Shown here in pieces: positions 1-14,416 of a DNA stretch of 64,000 nt. The notes under the pieces were generated by a model. The model saw only the letters and a program-made list of their open reading frames with translations. It ran no database searches and had not been told where the DNA came from. The DNA is from Octopus sinensis (Eukaryota): positions 212,660,001-212,724,000 of the forward strand of contig NC_042997.1 of the NCBI RefSeq assembly GCF_006345805.1. Direction: 5' to 3'. Position numbers and translations under genes: made by a program. Position 1 is the first letter of the stretch; each line of letters opens with the position of its first letter.

Positions 1-1236
1 TGATGACTGACGGTTTTTATGATTTCATTAGTCATAATATTCGGTCACAAGCAGCGACAAAGATCAAAGAGGGTCGATTAACAGGTAGAGAATAATTAAT
101 AATATATAAAAATAGGAATATGACTATAAGTAGGGGATAATGGATGTGTGTGTGTGTGTGTGTGTGTGCGTGCATAAGACATATGCGAAGAGAGAGTTTG
201 ATATTTACTCACTGATTCTGGTTACAGTAGAAATTTGCTGCACCAATATTGGAACGAAGAAGACAGAGCATCCATCCAGCTGTTCTAAGAACTCAACTGC
301 TTATATGCATTCAGCTGCTATTTCTAGCAGGTCGAGCGATCACATAGAACTTGCCTTGCTAGCTTCATGAGTTACTTAGTGATGTCATCTGGGTTCACAT
401 CTTGCCATTGACTTTGCTTTAGAGAAATATTAAATTATTGACAACTTGGTCATTGGATAGTTTTTGGTCCAACATTTCAATCAATAAAGCAGGTATTTAA
501 AGGGAAAAAATTTGACAAGTCAGTCAGTCGCCCGCTGTGACACTCGTTGACGCTACATCGAAGAGGCCAGGGAACAGAAGAAAGAAGACATGCACCCAAC
601 ACCAGAGCTGAAGACACCTCCGAAAGGTGGGGCTCTGCCATGTCAAAACAGTAGAGGAGTAGGGACCGAAACCAGACGTGGTTCCTCTTGATGATGTCTT
701 GAGCTAACTGTATCCTATAAAGGAGCTGTTGTGGTAGCAGACCACAAAACATGGTTGTAATTCCTCCTCTTCAACGTTCCCCTTCGTTTGGCTCCTTGTC
801 TCAATTTCTGAGAATGTTGGTTTTAAGTAATGAAAGCCCACCACTGGCCACAGAATATTTCAACTTCTGCAACTTCAGCATTAATATCTCTTCACTGTGG
901 TGTCATTCATTTTGATTTAGACGAGTCAGTCACCTTTGCAGTTTTTTTGTAATACAAAGTGGCTTTTTGCCAGAAAATTTCCTTTTTTTCTTTCATTCTG
1001 TTGTATTGTTTTCTGAGAAATCAATGAGTTTTGTTGAAATACTACCACAAACAACAGACTAGCACTGTTAACAATGGAAATACATTGACTAGATTTTTGC
1101 TAAAATCTATAGAACCGCAGTAATGTAGTTGTATGTCCATGTTCAGTATGGCTAATTGAGAAACCTGGCAAAGAAATATTACCAAAACCCAGTTGTAATA
1201 TATTTTGTTCTCATACTGTGTCACTCTGAGAATGGT

Positions 1237-1516
1237 GGAGGCACATGGCCTAGTGGTTAGAGCAGCGGACTCGCGGTCGAGGGATCGTGAGTTCGAATCT
1301 CAAACCCAGCGATGTGTGTGTTTATGAGCAAAACACCTAAGCTCCACGAAACTTCTGCTGACTCTTTCACCACAATTTTCTCTCACTCTTTCCTCCTGCA
1401 TCTTGCAGCTCACATGTGACAGACTGGCATCCCGTACAGGTGGGGAACCTATATGCCAATGAAACTGGAAAACTGGCCCTTGTGAGTCAGGCATGGCTCG
1501 AGAAGGAACAAACAAC
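1237..1516 (+). mobile_element. tRNA-derived SINE, family A variant
   Basis: Head GGAGGCACATGGCCTAGTGGTTAGAGCAGCGGACTCGCGGTCGAGGGATCGTGAGTTCGAATC has Pol III A/B boxes; body matches the copies at 22186 and 34453, then diverges at the 3' end. Confidence 0.8.
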
Positions 1517-1585
1517 TCTGAGAATCCCAAAACCTTCTTTCGTTATTAGTCTATTTCTTTTGAAGGGCTCTCACCCATATAATCA

Positions 1586-1996
1586 TTGAGAAGACAAATT
1601 AGAATTAAGACTAAGTATATCAACATCAAAAATCAATGGAAATTGTAGTTGTGGTCCCTGTGCCAGAGGCACGTAAAAAGCACCATCCGAACATGGCCGA
1701 TGCCAGTGCCACCTTGACTGGATTCTGTGCCGGTGGCATGTAAAAAGCACCACCTGATTGCGGCTGCTTCCAGCCTCCCCTGGCACCTGTGCCAGTGGCA
1801 TGTATAAAGCACCCACTACACTCACGGAGTGGTTGGCATTAGGAAGGGCATCCAGCTGAAGAAACACTGCCAGATCAGACTGGAGCCTGGTGCAGCCACC
1901 TGGCTTCCCAGACTCTGGTTGAACTGTCCAACCCATGCTAGCATGGAGAACGGACGTTAAAGGATGATGATGATGATGATGATGATGGTGATGATG
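1586..1996 (+). mobile_element. 5'-truncated RTE LINE 3' UTR with (GAT)n tail
   Basis: GTGCCGGTGGCA..TAAAAAGCACC modules, GGAGTGGTTGGC.TTAGGAAGGGCATCCAGCTG block and CCAACCCATGCTAGCATGG..GTTAAA(GAT)n end. The same sequence follows an RTE ORF C-terminus at 58660-59310. Confidence 0.8.
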
Positions 1997-2547
1997 GCTA
2001 AATGACTGGAAATGATACGACAGGGAAGACATTGATGAAACCAGCCTCCTCTGCTTGTAATAAACAACCTTTCTTGTCCTTGCATGGAATCTGCCTCTCC
2101 ATAAGAAAGGAAGAGTATACGAGATGTTGGGAAAATGTGTGATGCCACAGAGCGAAGAAAGATGTCAGAGATGTGAAATAAGGACAGAGAAGCTGTGCAC
2201 TCAACAATATGGCCAACTTTGCTTTCACTCCATCTTTTCCTTCCTTCATTTCTCTCTCTACTCATCCTTTGATTAGCACCTCCATTCACCTGCCACCACC
2301 ACCAACACCACTACCACCACCACCACCACCACCACCACCACCACCATCAGCATCACTATTCCATTTCATTTTACTCTCCTTCATTTGCCATCTTCTTCTC
2401 ATTCAGCTGATAACACCTTCTCTCCCGTTGTTGTCTCAACACTCAGACAAATGGCCGTAAAATATGAGAATCATTTAATCTCTTTAGAAGGAATCGACTC
2501 TCTGAACTCTTTGGCAAATTCTACTTTGGATTAAGTTTTGACAATAT

Positions 2548-5500
2548 GGACCACCGCCACCACCACCACCACCACCGCCAACACCACCACACACCACCAC
2601 TGCCAACACCACCGCCACCTCCACCACCACCACCACCACTGCCAACACCACCCGCCACCACTGCCACCACCACCACCACCACCCCACACCACCACCACCA
2701 CCACCACCACCACCACCACCACCACCGCCACAACCACCACCACCACCACCACCACCACCACCACCACCAACACCACCACCACCACCACCACCACCGCCAC
2801 AACCACCACCACCACACCACCACCACCACCACCCCTCCACCCACCACCACCACCACCACCCCACCACCCACAACACCACCACACACCACACCACCAAACA
2901 CTGACCACTGTGCCACCGCCGCCGCCGTCACCGCCACCGTAACCACCACCGCCGCCGCCGCCTCCACCACCACCCCACCACCACCACACCACCACCACCC
3001 CACCGCCACCACCACCACCACCACGCCCCCACCACCACCACCACCACCACCCCACCACCACCACCACCGCGCCACAACACCACCACCACCACCACCACCC
3101 CCACCACACCACCACCACCACCACCCACCTACCACCGCCACAACCACCACCACCACCACCACCACCACCACCACCCCTCCACCCCACCCACCACCACCAC
3201 CACCACCCCCACCACACCCCACAACCACCACCACCACCCCACCCAAACTGCCACCCTTGGCCGCCGCCGTCACCGCCACCGTAACCACCACCGCCGCCGC
3301 CGCCACCACCACCACCCCACCACCACCACCACCACCACCGCCGCCACCACCCACCACCACACCACCCCACCACCACCACCACCACCACCACCACCACCAC
3401 CACCACCACCACAACCAACCACCACCACCACCACCACCACCACCACCACCACCACCACCACCCACCACCAGCGACAACCACCACCACCACCACCACCACC
3501 ACCACCACCACCCCACCACCACCACCACCACCACCACCACCCACCACCACCACCGCCACAACCACCACCACCACCACTGCCACCCGCCGCCGCCGTCACC
3601 GCCACCGTAACCACCACCCGCCCCGCCGCCGCCACCACCACCAACCACCACCACCACCACCACCACCACCAGCACCACCCACACCACCACCACCACCACC
3701 ACCACCACCAACCACCGCCACAACCACCACCATCACCCCTTCCACCCCTCCACCTCCGCCGCCACGCCACCTCCACCACAACCACCACACCACCCCTGCC
3801 ACCCCTTCCACCGCCACCGCCACCACTCCACCACCACCACCACCACCACCACCACCACCGCCTCCACCACCACCACCACCCCTGCCACCGCCACCGCCAC
3901 CTCCACCACCACCCACCACCACCGCCTCCACCACCTCCCCACCACCACCACCACCGCCACCGCCACCACCACCACTTCTTCCACCACCACCACCACCACC
4001 CCACCACCCACCCCACCCCTGCCACCGCAACCGCCACCTCCACCACCACCACCACCACCACCACCACCCCTGCCACCCCTGCCACCCCTGCCACCGCCAC
4101 CGCCACCTCACCACCACCACCACCACCACCACCACCGCCTCCACCACCACCACCACCACCCCACCCCTGCCACCTCCACCGCCACCTCCACCACCACCAC
4201 CACCACCGCCTCCACCACCTCCACCACCACCACCACCACCACCTCCACCACCACACCTCCACCACCACCACCACCACACCGCCACCGCCACCACCACTGC
4301 TTCCACCACCACCACCACCACCACCACCACCACCACCACCACCTCCACCACCACCACCACCACCACCACCAACCGCCTCCACCACCTCCACCACCACCAC
4401 TGCTTCCACCACACCAAACCACTCACTACCGCCTCCACCACCTCCACCACCACCCCACCACCACCCTCCACCACCAACCACCCTCCACCACCACCACCAC
4501 CACCACCACCACCAACCGCCTCCACCACCTCCACCACCTCCACCACCACCACTGCTTCCACCACCACCACCACCACACCCTCCACACCTCACCACCACCC
4601 CACCACCACCACCTCCACCACACCACCACCTCTCCACCACCCCACCACCACCACCCCCCCCCCCCCCCACCCACCCGACCACCACCCCCCAAACCACCCA
4701 CGCACAACCACCACCACTCCACCACCTCACCAGACAACACTGCTTCCACCACACCACCACCCACCACCACCGCCTCCACCACCTCCACCACCACACCACC
4801 ACCACCACCACCTCCACCATCACCACCTCCACCACCCACCACCACCACCACCACCGCCTCCACCACCACCACCTCCACCACCACCACCACCACCACCACC
4901 ACCTCCACCAGCACCACCACCACGCCACCACCTCACCACCTCCACCACCCCCACCACACCACTTCTTCCACCACCACCACCACCACCACCTCCACCACCA
5001 CCACCCTCCACCACCACCACCACCACCACCACCACCTCCTCCACCACCTCCACCACCACCACTGCTTCCACCACCCCACCAACCACACCACCCGCCTCCC
5101 TCCACCTCCACCACCACCACCACCACCACCTCCACCACCACCACCTCCACCACCACCACCACCACCACCACCACCGCCTCCACCACCTCCACCACCACCA
5201 CTGCTTCCACCACCACCACCACCACCACCGCCTCCACCACCTCCACCACCACCACCACCACCTCCACCACCACCACCACCTCCACCACCACCACCACCAC
5301 CACCACCACCACCGCTCCTCCACCACCTCCACCACCACCACTGCTTCACCACCACCACCACCACCACCACCACCACCTCCACCACCACCACCATCCACCA
5401 CCCACTGCTTCCACCACCACCACCACCACTACCGCCTCCACCACCTCCACCACCACCACCACTGCCACCACAATCACCACCACCACCGTCGCAACTGCCA

Positions 5501-5604
5501 CCACCACTGTCGCAACCACTACCGCCGCCACCACCACCACCACCACCACCACCACCACCACCACCACCAACAACACCACCACCACCTCCACCACCACCAC
5601 TACC
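2548..5604. repeat. ~3 kb degenerate (ACC)n low-complexity array with higher-order motifs
   Basis: Near-continuous CCA/ACC triplets with recurring CCGCCGTCACCGCCACCGTAACC and CCACTGCTTCCACC islands; source of the poly-T/P/H/V/G/W ORFs. Confidence 0.95.
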
Positions 5605-5744
5605 AATTTCTTTGGATATTGAATGTTAACTCAGATCAAATGCTGCTTACATACATATTTTCAGAGGACAATGTTCAGGGACTGTGATGCCTTGTAGGTT
5701 CCACCTTCGCCCCCACACACATAATATATATGTAATAGAGACAC

Positions 5745-5790
<46 letters not shown>

Positions 5791-5989
5791 ATGTATGTAT
5801 GAATGAATGTGTGTATGCATGTATGTACGTATGCATGTATGTGTGTATGAATGTATGTGCGTATGTACGTATGTATAGATATTTGAGTTAGAAGCAGCTT
5901 GAAGGCTACAAACAATATTGAGCACACACGCACAAGGCACTAACAAAATACATACCTTGTGTTTGTGTGTTCAATATTGTATATACAAA

Positions 5990-6135
5990 AAAAAAAACAA
6001 AAGATGAAGACAGGTGGTGTAGAGAACAAACAGATGTATTAGTTTAATGCTTGGGAATTTAAAAAGTCTTTAACATTTTGAGCCTACACTCTTCCACAGA
6101 AGAAACAAAGAGAGAAAATAAAGAATGTATAGTGG
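5990..6135 (-). mobile_element. Short Penelope-like-derived element with decayed hammerhead core
   Basis: Reverse complement of the 43445-43595 element; minus strand reads CTGTGGAAGAGTGTAGGCTCAAAATGTTAAAG, a decayed CTGANGA-A-GAG..CTC-GAAACGT motif. Confidence 0.45.
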
Positions 6136-6229
6136 CTAGCGATCTAACATGGTGAGGTACTCAGAAATCTGGATGGTTTTATATTTACAGATATTTATTA
6201 ATATGTCACATGTTTCTATAAATCATATA

Positions 6230-6631
6230 GGCACAGGAGTGGCTGTGTGGTAAGTAACTTGTTTACCAACCACATGGTTCCGGGTTCAGTCCCGCTGCGT
6301 GGCACCTTGGGCAAGTGTCTTCTACTATAGCCTCAGGCCGACCAATGCCTTGTGAGTGGATTTGGTAGACGGAAACTGAAAGAAGCCCGTCGTATATATG
6401 TATATATATGCGTGTGTGTGTTTGTGTGTCTGTGTTTGTCCCCCTAGCATTGCTTGACAACCGATGCTGGTGTGTTTATGTCCCCGTTACTTAGCGGTTC
6501 GGCAAAAGAGACCGATAGAATAAGTACTGGGCTTACAAAAGAATAAGTCCCGGGGTCGAGTTGCTCGATTAAAGGCAGTGCTCCAGCATGGCCGCAGTCA
6601 AATGACTGAAACAAGTAAAAGAGTAAAAGAG
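6230..6631 (+). mobile_element. tRNA-derived SINE, family B (full length)
   Basis: GGCACAGGAGTGGCTGTGTGGTAAG head, internal TA/TG microsatellite, tail GGCAGTGCTCCAGCATGGCCGCAGTCAAATGACTGAAACAAGTAAAAGAG; five copies in the window. Confidence 0.9.
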
Positions 6632-6959
6632 TATATTAGCACTTGCATCCACTCTAGTGGAGTCTTCAGAAGGGTACCAATATTCAGGTGATGTCCAGAA
6701 TTAATAAAGTCCATTTGGTACAGGCATGTTGACGATGCCAGTCCAACACTGAAGCAGTGATCAAAGCTGAAAGCGGATTCATAAGAAAACGTGGAGAACA
6801 TTTACACAAATTTTTGTCAAGAAGCATTGGGTTTTTGTTCCATTTGAGTTGTTCTATTAAATTATCAAATATGTCCTCAAATACCACTTTCACCACGTTT
6901 GTATATGCGTGTATGTACACACACACACACATACACACACACAAACACACACATATATA

Positions 6960-7190
6960 TATTTCTTTATTGCCCTCAGGGGGCTAAACACAGAGGGGAC
7001 AAACAAGGACAGAGAAAGGGCTTAAGTCGATTACATTGACCCCAATGTGTAACTGGTACTTAATTTATTGACCCCGAAAGGATGAAAGGCAAAGTCAACC
7101 TCGGCGGAATTTGAACTCAGAACGTAATGGCAGCCGAAATACCACTAAGCATTTCGCCTGACGTGCTAACAATTCTGCCAGCTCGCCGCC
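6960..7190 (-). mobile_element. SINE family C
   Basis: Reverse complement of the 35438 copy (GTTAGCAC..GGCGAAATGCTTAG head, GTTGACTTTGCCTTTCATCCTTTCGGGGTC core). Confidence 0.85.
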
Positions 7191-7344
7191 CTACACACAC
7201 ACATATATATATCATCATCATAATCATCATCATCATCCTCATCATCATTTAACATCCGTTGTCCATGCTGGTATGGGTTGGACAGTTTGATCAGAACTAG
7301 CAATATATTTATATCTTCATCATATATGTGTGTGTGTGTGATAT

Positions 7345-7550
7345 GTCCATGTGGCCAGCCATGCCAGTAGCATGTAGAATGCACCCACTACATTCTCGGA
7401 GTGGTTAGCATTAGGAAGGGCATCCAGCTGTAGAAACAATGCCAGATCAGGTTGGAGCCTTGTACAGCCATCTGACTTGTCAGCCCTCAGTCAAACCGTC
7501 CAACCCATGCCAGCATGGAAAGCGGACGTTAAACGATGATGATGATGATA
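7345..7550 (+). mobile_element. RTE 3' UTR fragment
   Basis: GGAGTGGTTAGCATTAGGAAGGGCATCCAGCTGTAGAAAC ... GTTAAACGATGATGAT; an opposite-strand fragment lies at ~7210-7290. Confidence 0.8.
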
Positions 7551-7989
7551 ACTAGATATGATGACACATATCTTTCAATTTCAGTTTGTCAGGGCCACTC
7601 ACTAGGGTTTGGTGGACCTGGAGCTATAGTAGAAGACACCTATTGAAGGTGCCATGCAGTGGCATGGTGCCTCAAACCATGTGTGTATATATATATATAT
7701 ATTATATACACACAAACATACACACACACACACCCTCATACAAACATACACACACACATACCCTCATACAAACACATACACACACACACACACACACACC
7801 CTCATACAAACATACACACACACACCCTCATACAAATACACACACACACCCTCATACAAGCATACACACACACACACATATATGTGAAAGAAATATGAAA
7901 GCATTTCGTAAAGAATTTTCCCCAATTTCAATCCCTTTCATCCAATTAGATTTTTTAAAGACATTCCATGAATTTAACTTTTAGCAATG

Positions 7990-8130
7990 AGTCAGTGAAA
8001 TACGAGATGTGATTGTGTCCTGCAATACCACAGAGATACCAATAGGAAATAACCTTTCACAGTCAAAAGAAGAAGCCATCAATGCCAGATTTTTACGTTC
8101 GAAAGTCTGTGACTGGCATGTCATCTCATA
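7990..8130 (-). pseudogene. Possible hAT transposase dimerisation-domain relic
   Basis: Minus frame reads KNLALMASSFDCERLFPIGISVVLQDTITSRISL, resembling the hAT C-terminal motif L..PASS...ER.FS; no TIRs found. Confidence 0.3.
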
Positions 8131-8756
8131 ATTTCAATTGTCTCACAAGAATCTTCTGTAGAGTTATAATAATATTGTGGCATTGATTCCACAAAGACCA
8201 CGGAAAAAAAAAAGTTAGTGCCACAACAATTTTATTAAAGGTTGTTCACATTAATATTGCAATGGAGATACATGAGGCTAAAATATGAAAAAAATACTTT
8301 TTTCACTTTTTTCTCATTAGCAATGATTGGATGGAGAATAAATTTGGAAATTTGTCTGGAAGTTATAGAACATGTACTCTTGTATGGTTACCATTAGCGA
8401 AACATGTTTATTTGTGAAAGTTATAGAATATTATTCGATTGATGCTACAATGGTGTTCTTACACTGGTGGCACTAATCAACTAATTATTATTTACCTGTA
8501 AATCAAGTGGAATCCATTTTTCTTCACATTTTTTTATTCAGTAAAAAACTAACTTGTTTGGATTTTACTGTCAGTTATAGTTCTGTTCTATTAGCAATTT
8601 TATCCATTGGAAGAATAAAATGCAAATGGCAGCTTTTCTAAGAGATGCCAGTAGTTTAGAAGAATGCAAAATTAATATTCAACACAAGTTTACTTGAGAC
8701 ATATATACACACATATAGACAAATACACCTCACCACACACATATAAATGTGTGTGT

Positions 8757-9010
8757 ATCATCATCATCATTTAACGTCCGCTTTCCATGCTAGCATGGGT
8801 TGGACGAATGACTGAGGGCTGGCGAACCAGATGGCTGCACCAGACTCCAATCTTGATCTGGCAGAGTTTCTACAGCTGGATACCCTTCCTAATGCCAATC
8901 ATTCCAAGAGTGTAGTGGGTGCTTTTACATGCCACTGGCACGGGGCCAGTCAGGCAGTACTGGCAATGACCACACTCAAATCTTTTACACATGCCACCAG
9001 CGATGCTGGT
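8757..9010 (-). mobile_element. RTE 3' UTR fragment
   Basis: (CAT)n-TTTAACGTCCGCTTTCCATGCTAGCATGGGTTGG ... CAGCTGGATACCCTTCCTAATGCCAA. Confidence 0.8.
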
Positions 9011-9472
9011 GTGCTTGTGTATTGTCCTAAAAGCCGTTTGTATATGAAGATTGCTTCATGTAGATTTTGGTGTAAGGGTTAAGGGTGAATGGCAAAAGGC
9101 ATCAAAACAAGTTATGGTTGACAGAGAAAGAGATAATCATTGACCAAGAGAATTTCACGTTTCCAAAAAACATTTGTGGTTCTTACTATGTGCCATGGGC
9201 TGGCTGAGTATACCTATGATGAATGCCTTCTAGCAGGGACCAACCATTTTTGGGTAAACATAATGTTGGCTATTGCAAATTATTGTAATTGCTTTTGAAA
9301 GTATATTTGATGCAAGTATGCCAAAGTCCTCAGAAATCTGCTTGTTATTTTCATCTTAACAAAAGTTCTTTTCCTTTCCTTGTGACCATATTCATGCATT
9401 TCAAGAAACACGCCATCTTGATATATTTCCTCAGAGTACCAAGGAGTTTGAATCAAACTGTTTTGATCCATA

Positions 9473-9568
<96 letters not shown>

Positions 9569-10213
9569 TTTAAAAGCTTTTATTTGATACGGTTACAATG
9601 GGTGCTGGTTCCATAAAAAAGCACTCATGCTGGTGCCACATAAGAAGCACAAGGGCTGATGCTATCTCATAAAGCACTTGTGCTGGTGCCACATAAAAGG
9701 TACGCAGTACACTCTGTCAAGGTGTTGGCTTTAGGTAGGGCATCCAGCCACAAAAACCGTGCTAAAACAGACAAATGGGGTCTAGTGTGACTCACTAGCT
9801 TGTCAGCTTCTGTCAAACTGTCCAACGCTTGCCAGCATGAAAAATGAATGTTAAATGATGATGACGATGGTGATGAAGAGGAGGAGAATGTCAACAGCCT
9901 TTGTGGAAGAAGCTGGTGTACAATGTGTATTTTGTGGGTAAGCACTTTTAACACCTGTAATGTGTGTACACACACGCACACATATTCCTATTGATATCTT
10001 CATGAACAAATATCTCAATAAATAAATATGTAGTGTACATGTGGATGTATAGAATACGTTTGGATGTGCAGCGCACATGCATATACTATGCATATAAAGG
10101 TACAGTAGTATTATATGTGTATTGTATAAAAGGGAATATCCATAGTGTACATGTGTAACATAAATATAGTGGTTCCATTGTGTGTGTGTCTATATATATA
10201 AATATAGGTATAT

Positions 10214-10244
<31 letters not shown>

Positions 10245-10288
10245 TAAACAATTGCCTAAGAATCTATTAGTCAAAAGATTTACCATGT

Positions 10289-10340
<52 letters not shown>

Positions 10341-11503
10341 ACACACACACAGTAAGAATGTAGCTGTATAATTTGCATGTATTTCCTCATCCTTTAATTC
10401 AATCTTGAAAAGCAGACAATCCCTATATTTACACAGTAATTTGCAAGCCTCCCACTTAAGATTATTGATGCTTTATTATACAAAATCATGTTTGCTTTTG
10501 TCTTTGAGTTTTTTGTTTATATTTCCCATGTTTGTATTTCTCGTGTTCCTGCGAAGGAAAATGCTGTAATTATCCCAATAGCATTTGTAAATATTTGTCA
10601 GTGATATTTCCTATAGAACCATAAACTCTTTTATATTTTCTGTATTGAACTGAAGCACATTTTATTTCGAGTAGTTTACGTTTGTAACTAACATCTACAA
10701 CGTTATGCTTTATCATTGCATCTAACCTTTTGTATTTCTTTTCAAAGTTTATGAATAAAAATCAACAGAGAAGAAACGAGAAATAATTCCTAACTTGTTT
10801 ATTTTTCTTTACACTTGTTTATCGTTTAAAATACAAATGTGAGCTGCAAATATTTCTCGTATTTATGAACATAATAACAAATCCATAATTTCCAAAGTAA
10901 CAATAATACAGCTTTCTTCTGTTTGTTATTGAAAATATCTCATGTTATTAAAAATTTCACCTCTTCAAGAAAATCAGTTCAAAATTGTCGAAGTTTGGGT
11001 AATACTATTGATAAATTTTGATTGTTTTTGTTGATATTTTAATCCGATTAGTCTTCGTCTAATCCTAAGAACCTTTAGCAAACATTTCAGTACTTCTGAA
11101 ATACGGATTATTCTACATAAAACAGAATTTCTTCAATAAGATTGGGGCATGTTATAGAAGGGATTAAACAGTATTGTCTTTCTTAAGAATCTGTGATAAA
11201 ACTATTAAATTGCATTGTGGAATTATAAGTTAGATGTTATTTGGAACAGCTTGATTTTATCTTCAGAGGCAAAATAAAGTTGGCTGAAAATCTGATTTTC
11301 AGGTAAAAGAAGGTAAAACAATATATTTTAATACAATACATTCAAATACACAATTTTCAGTGGAATTATGGCTCTGTTTATTTTAGCAGTGAATTGGTTT
11401 TATAACATTGAAGTAATGTTGGGACATCTTGGGACTTTGCCTTTAAAAAACCTGGAGAAGAGAAATAGAGAACATGTAACAGAGCATCAGCATCACCAAC
11501 AGT

Positions 11504-11880
11504 GGAGATGCAATTGCGGTTTCGATTCCCAGACCAGGCGTTGTGTGTGTTTATTGAGTAAAAGCACCTAAAAAGCTCCACAAGGCTCTGGCAGGGGGTC
11601 GTGGCGACACCTGTTGTTCTCTTTCGCCCCAACTTTCTCTCACTCTTTCTTCCTGTTTCTTGTCCCCGACTTCCTACGCAAGCCTGGATGCGCATTCATC
11701 CATCCGTCGATGCTCTCGGTGTCGGGGGTTGACCTGCTTTCTCTTCTGCGGGTCTTACGAATAGCAAAGGACCACGTTTCGGACTTCTCCCACTACAGAC
11801 AATCCTGAAGCGTGATCTTGCGAGCTCTGGGACGAAGACCACTTCGCTCAACATCAACATCGCTCAACATCATCAGCATC
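11504..11880 (+). mobile_element. SINE family A variant with different 3' half
   Basis: GCGGTTTCGATTCCCAGACC..GTGTTTATTGAG..AAAGCACCTAAAAAGCTCCAC shared with 22186; head partly deleted; (CAACAT)n-like tail. Confidence 0.65.
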
Positions 11881-13619
11881 AACAGCAGTTGTTTGTCCAT
11901 GTGTCTCTTGTTTCAGCAATACCGTAACTCATACAACCCGTTGAAGTTTTGAGGGTAACCAGAAAACTTGTCCCATCCTCAGTCCTACTTGCAAGACTTA
12001 GGCCCCTTTTCACTGAATGGGGCTGCAGTTGAGAGGGAAACAGCTTTATGGGAGGAGACGAGGGGTTAACGTATAACAGAAGGGGTTTCTTGGCATAGCG
12101 GAGATGCATGACTGACCCCATTACAGGAGAGATGGGAGTAACTGGGGTGGAGTTGGAAAGAGAGATAAAAATGATGGTGGTGGTGGTGGTGGTGAGGTGA
12201 CAGAGTGGAGCATCAAGGTATGAGGCGAGTGGAAGTGAGAAATGTGGGAGGGTAGAGGTTGTAAGAGGGCAGGAGAAGAATGAGTGACGGTTAAAGATGG
12301 GTGATGAGGAAATATAATGAAGAACAAGTTTTGAGAGATGATAAGTAGAGAAGAGTAGGGGACAACTGTAGAAATTGGGTAGGGTTAAGGGAGTGACCAG
12401 TGATACATATGAGTTAGGAAGGTATGAGAGAGATGACCATCAGTGCAGAAAGAGGGTGGGATGAAGAGCTGAAAAATCTTAATATAATTCTGCATTAATT
12501 AGTCCATCAGTAATGCTTTCATGTGATTAGAAAGAGGGAGAAAGGAAAGGGAGAGAGAGAAAAAGGGAGAGAAGTGTCCATGACATAAGGTAGGGAGAAT
12601 GTAAAATTTATTACGTGGTTAAAAAGGTAAATTGAAGATAAAGGAGGAGAATTAAAAATATAATTTTAGCAGAGTGGTGATGTTCTGATGGTGAGGTTAA
12701 AGGAAGGAACAGAGAGAGGGGTAGGGAGGGAGAGAAGGAGGAGAGAGAGAGGGAGAGAGAGAAATGGGGGGGGGGTGATGGTGGTGATTGGATCGTGAAA
12801 AGTGTATTTTTTTAAAACTGAACTAATTTTTTTATATCACCTGTCACATAACGCATGCATACAAATGCAATTCTGTGAAATATTCACGCATATTTATGTG
12901 GCAGATATATACAATTTAACTAAAGGTTGCATCATATGTATGGGACAATTTTTTTGTTTATGAGAAAAATGGAAAAATTAGGGTGAATATTTATTTTATG
13001 AGTGCATTGAATTAAGTCTATAAAATTGTGCATAAAGTATATAAAGTGTATATATAAAGTGCATTAAGTAATCATTGTATAATAATTTCTATCAGTTTTC
13101 AATGAGTAGCAGATGCACGACTGTCTTGCAATACAGACACAATACAGGCAACACTTTCAGGTTTTTTGGATAAAGTTTTCAGAAATAACCCATTAGGTTT
13201 ACCATTAATTCCATGAAATATTCACTGGTCCAGCTAATAGTAATAATGATACAATGGAGACAGAAAGGATGAGAGAAAATGAGAGAAAGAAAAAGAGAAA
13301 TGATATGTGATTGGGTAGGTTGTAAGAGAGTGGAACAGATGTAGGGAGAAGGGAGAGCTGTATGGTGGTAAAGGAGAGATAATTTAGTGGCTCAAGAGGG
13401 TGATCAATGTAAAATATGGGCAGAGAGGAGGGAAATGAAGTGAAATGGTTATGGGTAGTCTGAAAAAGTGGTATCAAAGAAATATACGTCAAGTTTGCAG
13501 TTCTATTTACATTTAAATACAGCAGCAGAATGCTGCAGTTAAAGATACGAATAGTTGGGGGTATGACTTGAGGAAGAAATTAGGTGAAGGGTCCAGTTGT
13601 GTATACACATTGTATCCAT

Positions 13620-14290
13620 CTCATCTTTATTAAACATTCTCCTTCCCTGCAGGCATAGATTGGATGGTTTGATAGGAGACAACTTGTCAGAGGGTTGCAC
13701 TGAGCAGTAATATCTGCTTTAACAGGGTTTCTATAACTGGATGCCCTTGCTGATGCTCACCATTTTACAGAGTGTACTGGTGACATTAGGGTCACCAAGT
13801 AACTTGTAAGACAAGACCCCCTCAACTGAGGGTGAGGAAGATGGTTTTGTGTCAGGCAATGAGAGGTCAGAGCGTGAGTAGAGGGACAGCAATAGGTGTC
13901 TTGCAGCAGAGGACATACATGGCTACTCCACTTGAAAAAGAAGAGGGAGAAAAGATGGTGAATATGTGACAAGTGAAGTGGTACAGAAGGTTGGATAGGG
14001 TGAGTGGGTGGGTAAGTTTATGATGCTGTGAAACAGGAGCGGGAGATGTAAGAGAGGGTAATGCAGAGAGGGAACACGAGTGGAAGGAGAGGGTGTCAGG
14101 ATGATATGGTGTGGAGGAGAGGTTTTTCAGGAAGAGTGTGTGCCTTTAAGGCCTTGATTTTACTTGGATGGATGGATCCTATCAAGGACAGTAAATTGCC
14201 AATCATCTCAGTCTTTTGTCATCTCTTCTGTAAGGGGTCTGACCCCGGAAGGTCATTCTTCACCACTTCGTCCTATGTCTTCCTCAGTCT
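13620..14290 (-). mobile_element. Degenerate RTE 3' region
   Basis: 14240-14290 encodes the GRPRKT.DEVVKNDL-like ORF end on the minus strand; CTGGATGCCCTT block at 13735. Confidence 0.55.
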
Positions 14291-14377
14291 TCTTACATTT
14301 AGTGATTGCCACTTCTGTATGTAGCTATCACACACACACACACACACACACACACCACACACATACACACACACACA

Positions 14378-14416
<39 letters not shown>

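Noticed and set aside
3-84. Plus-strand exon end (MTDGFYDFISHNIRSQAATKIKEGRLT, ACAG|GTAGAG)
   Set aside because: Truncated by the window edge, protein not recognised and no downstream exons found.
477-752. 91-aa minus ORF as a gene
   Set aside because: No recognisable motif or splice signals; more likely a decayed repeat.
1586-1996. (GAT)n-tailed repeat as an independent SINE family
   Set aside because: It has no Pol III head, and at 52747-53600 and 58380-59310 it is continuous with the RTE ORF end, so it is the LINE 3' UTR.
2484-5606. Long ORFs up to 680 aa (poly-V/G/W/T/P/H), likewise 33098-33777, 36463-37168, 44153-44830 and 59417-60453
   Set aside because: Stop-free only because ACC, CAT, GAA and CA repeats lack stop codons in several frames; no domain content or splice evidence.
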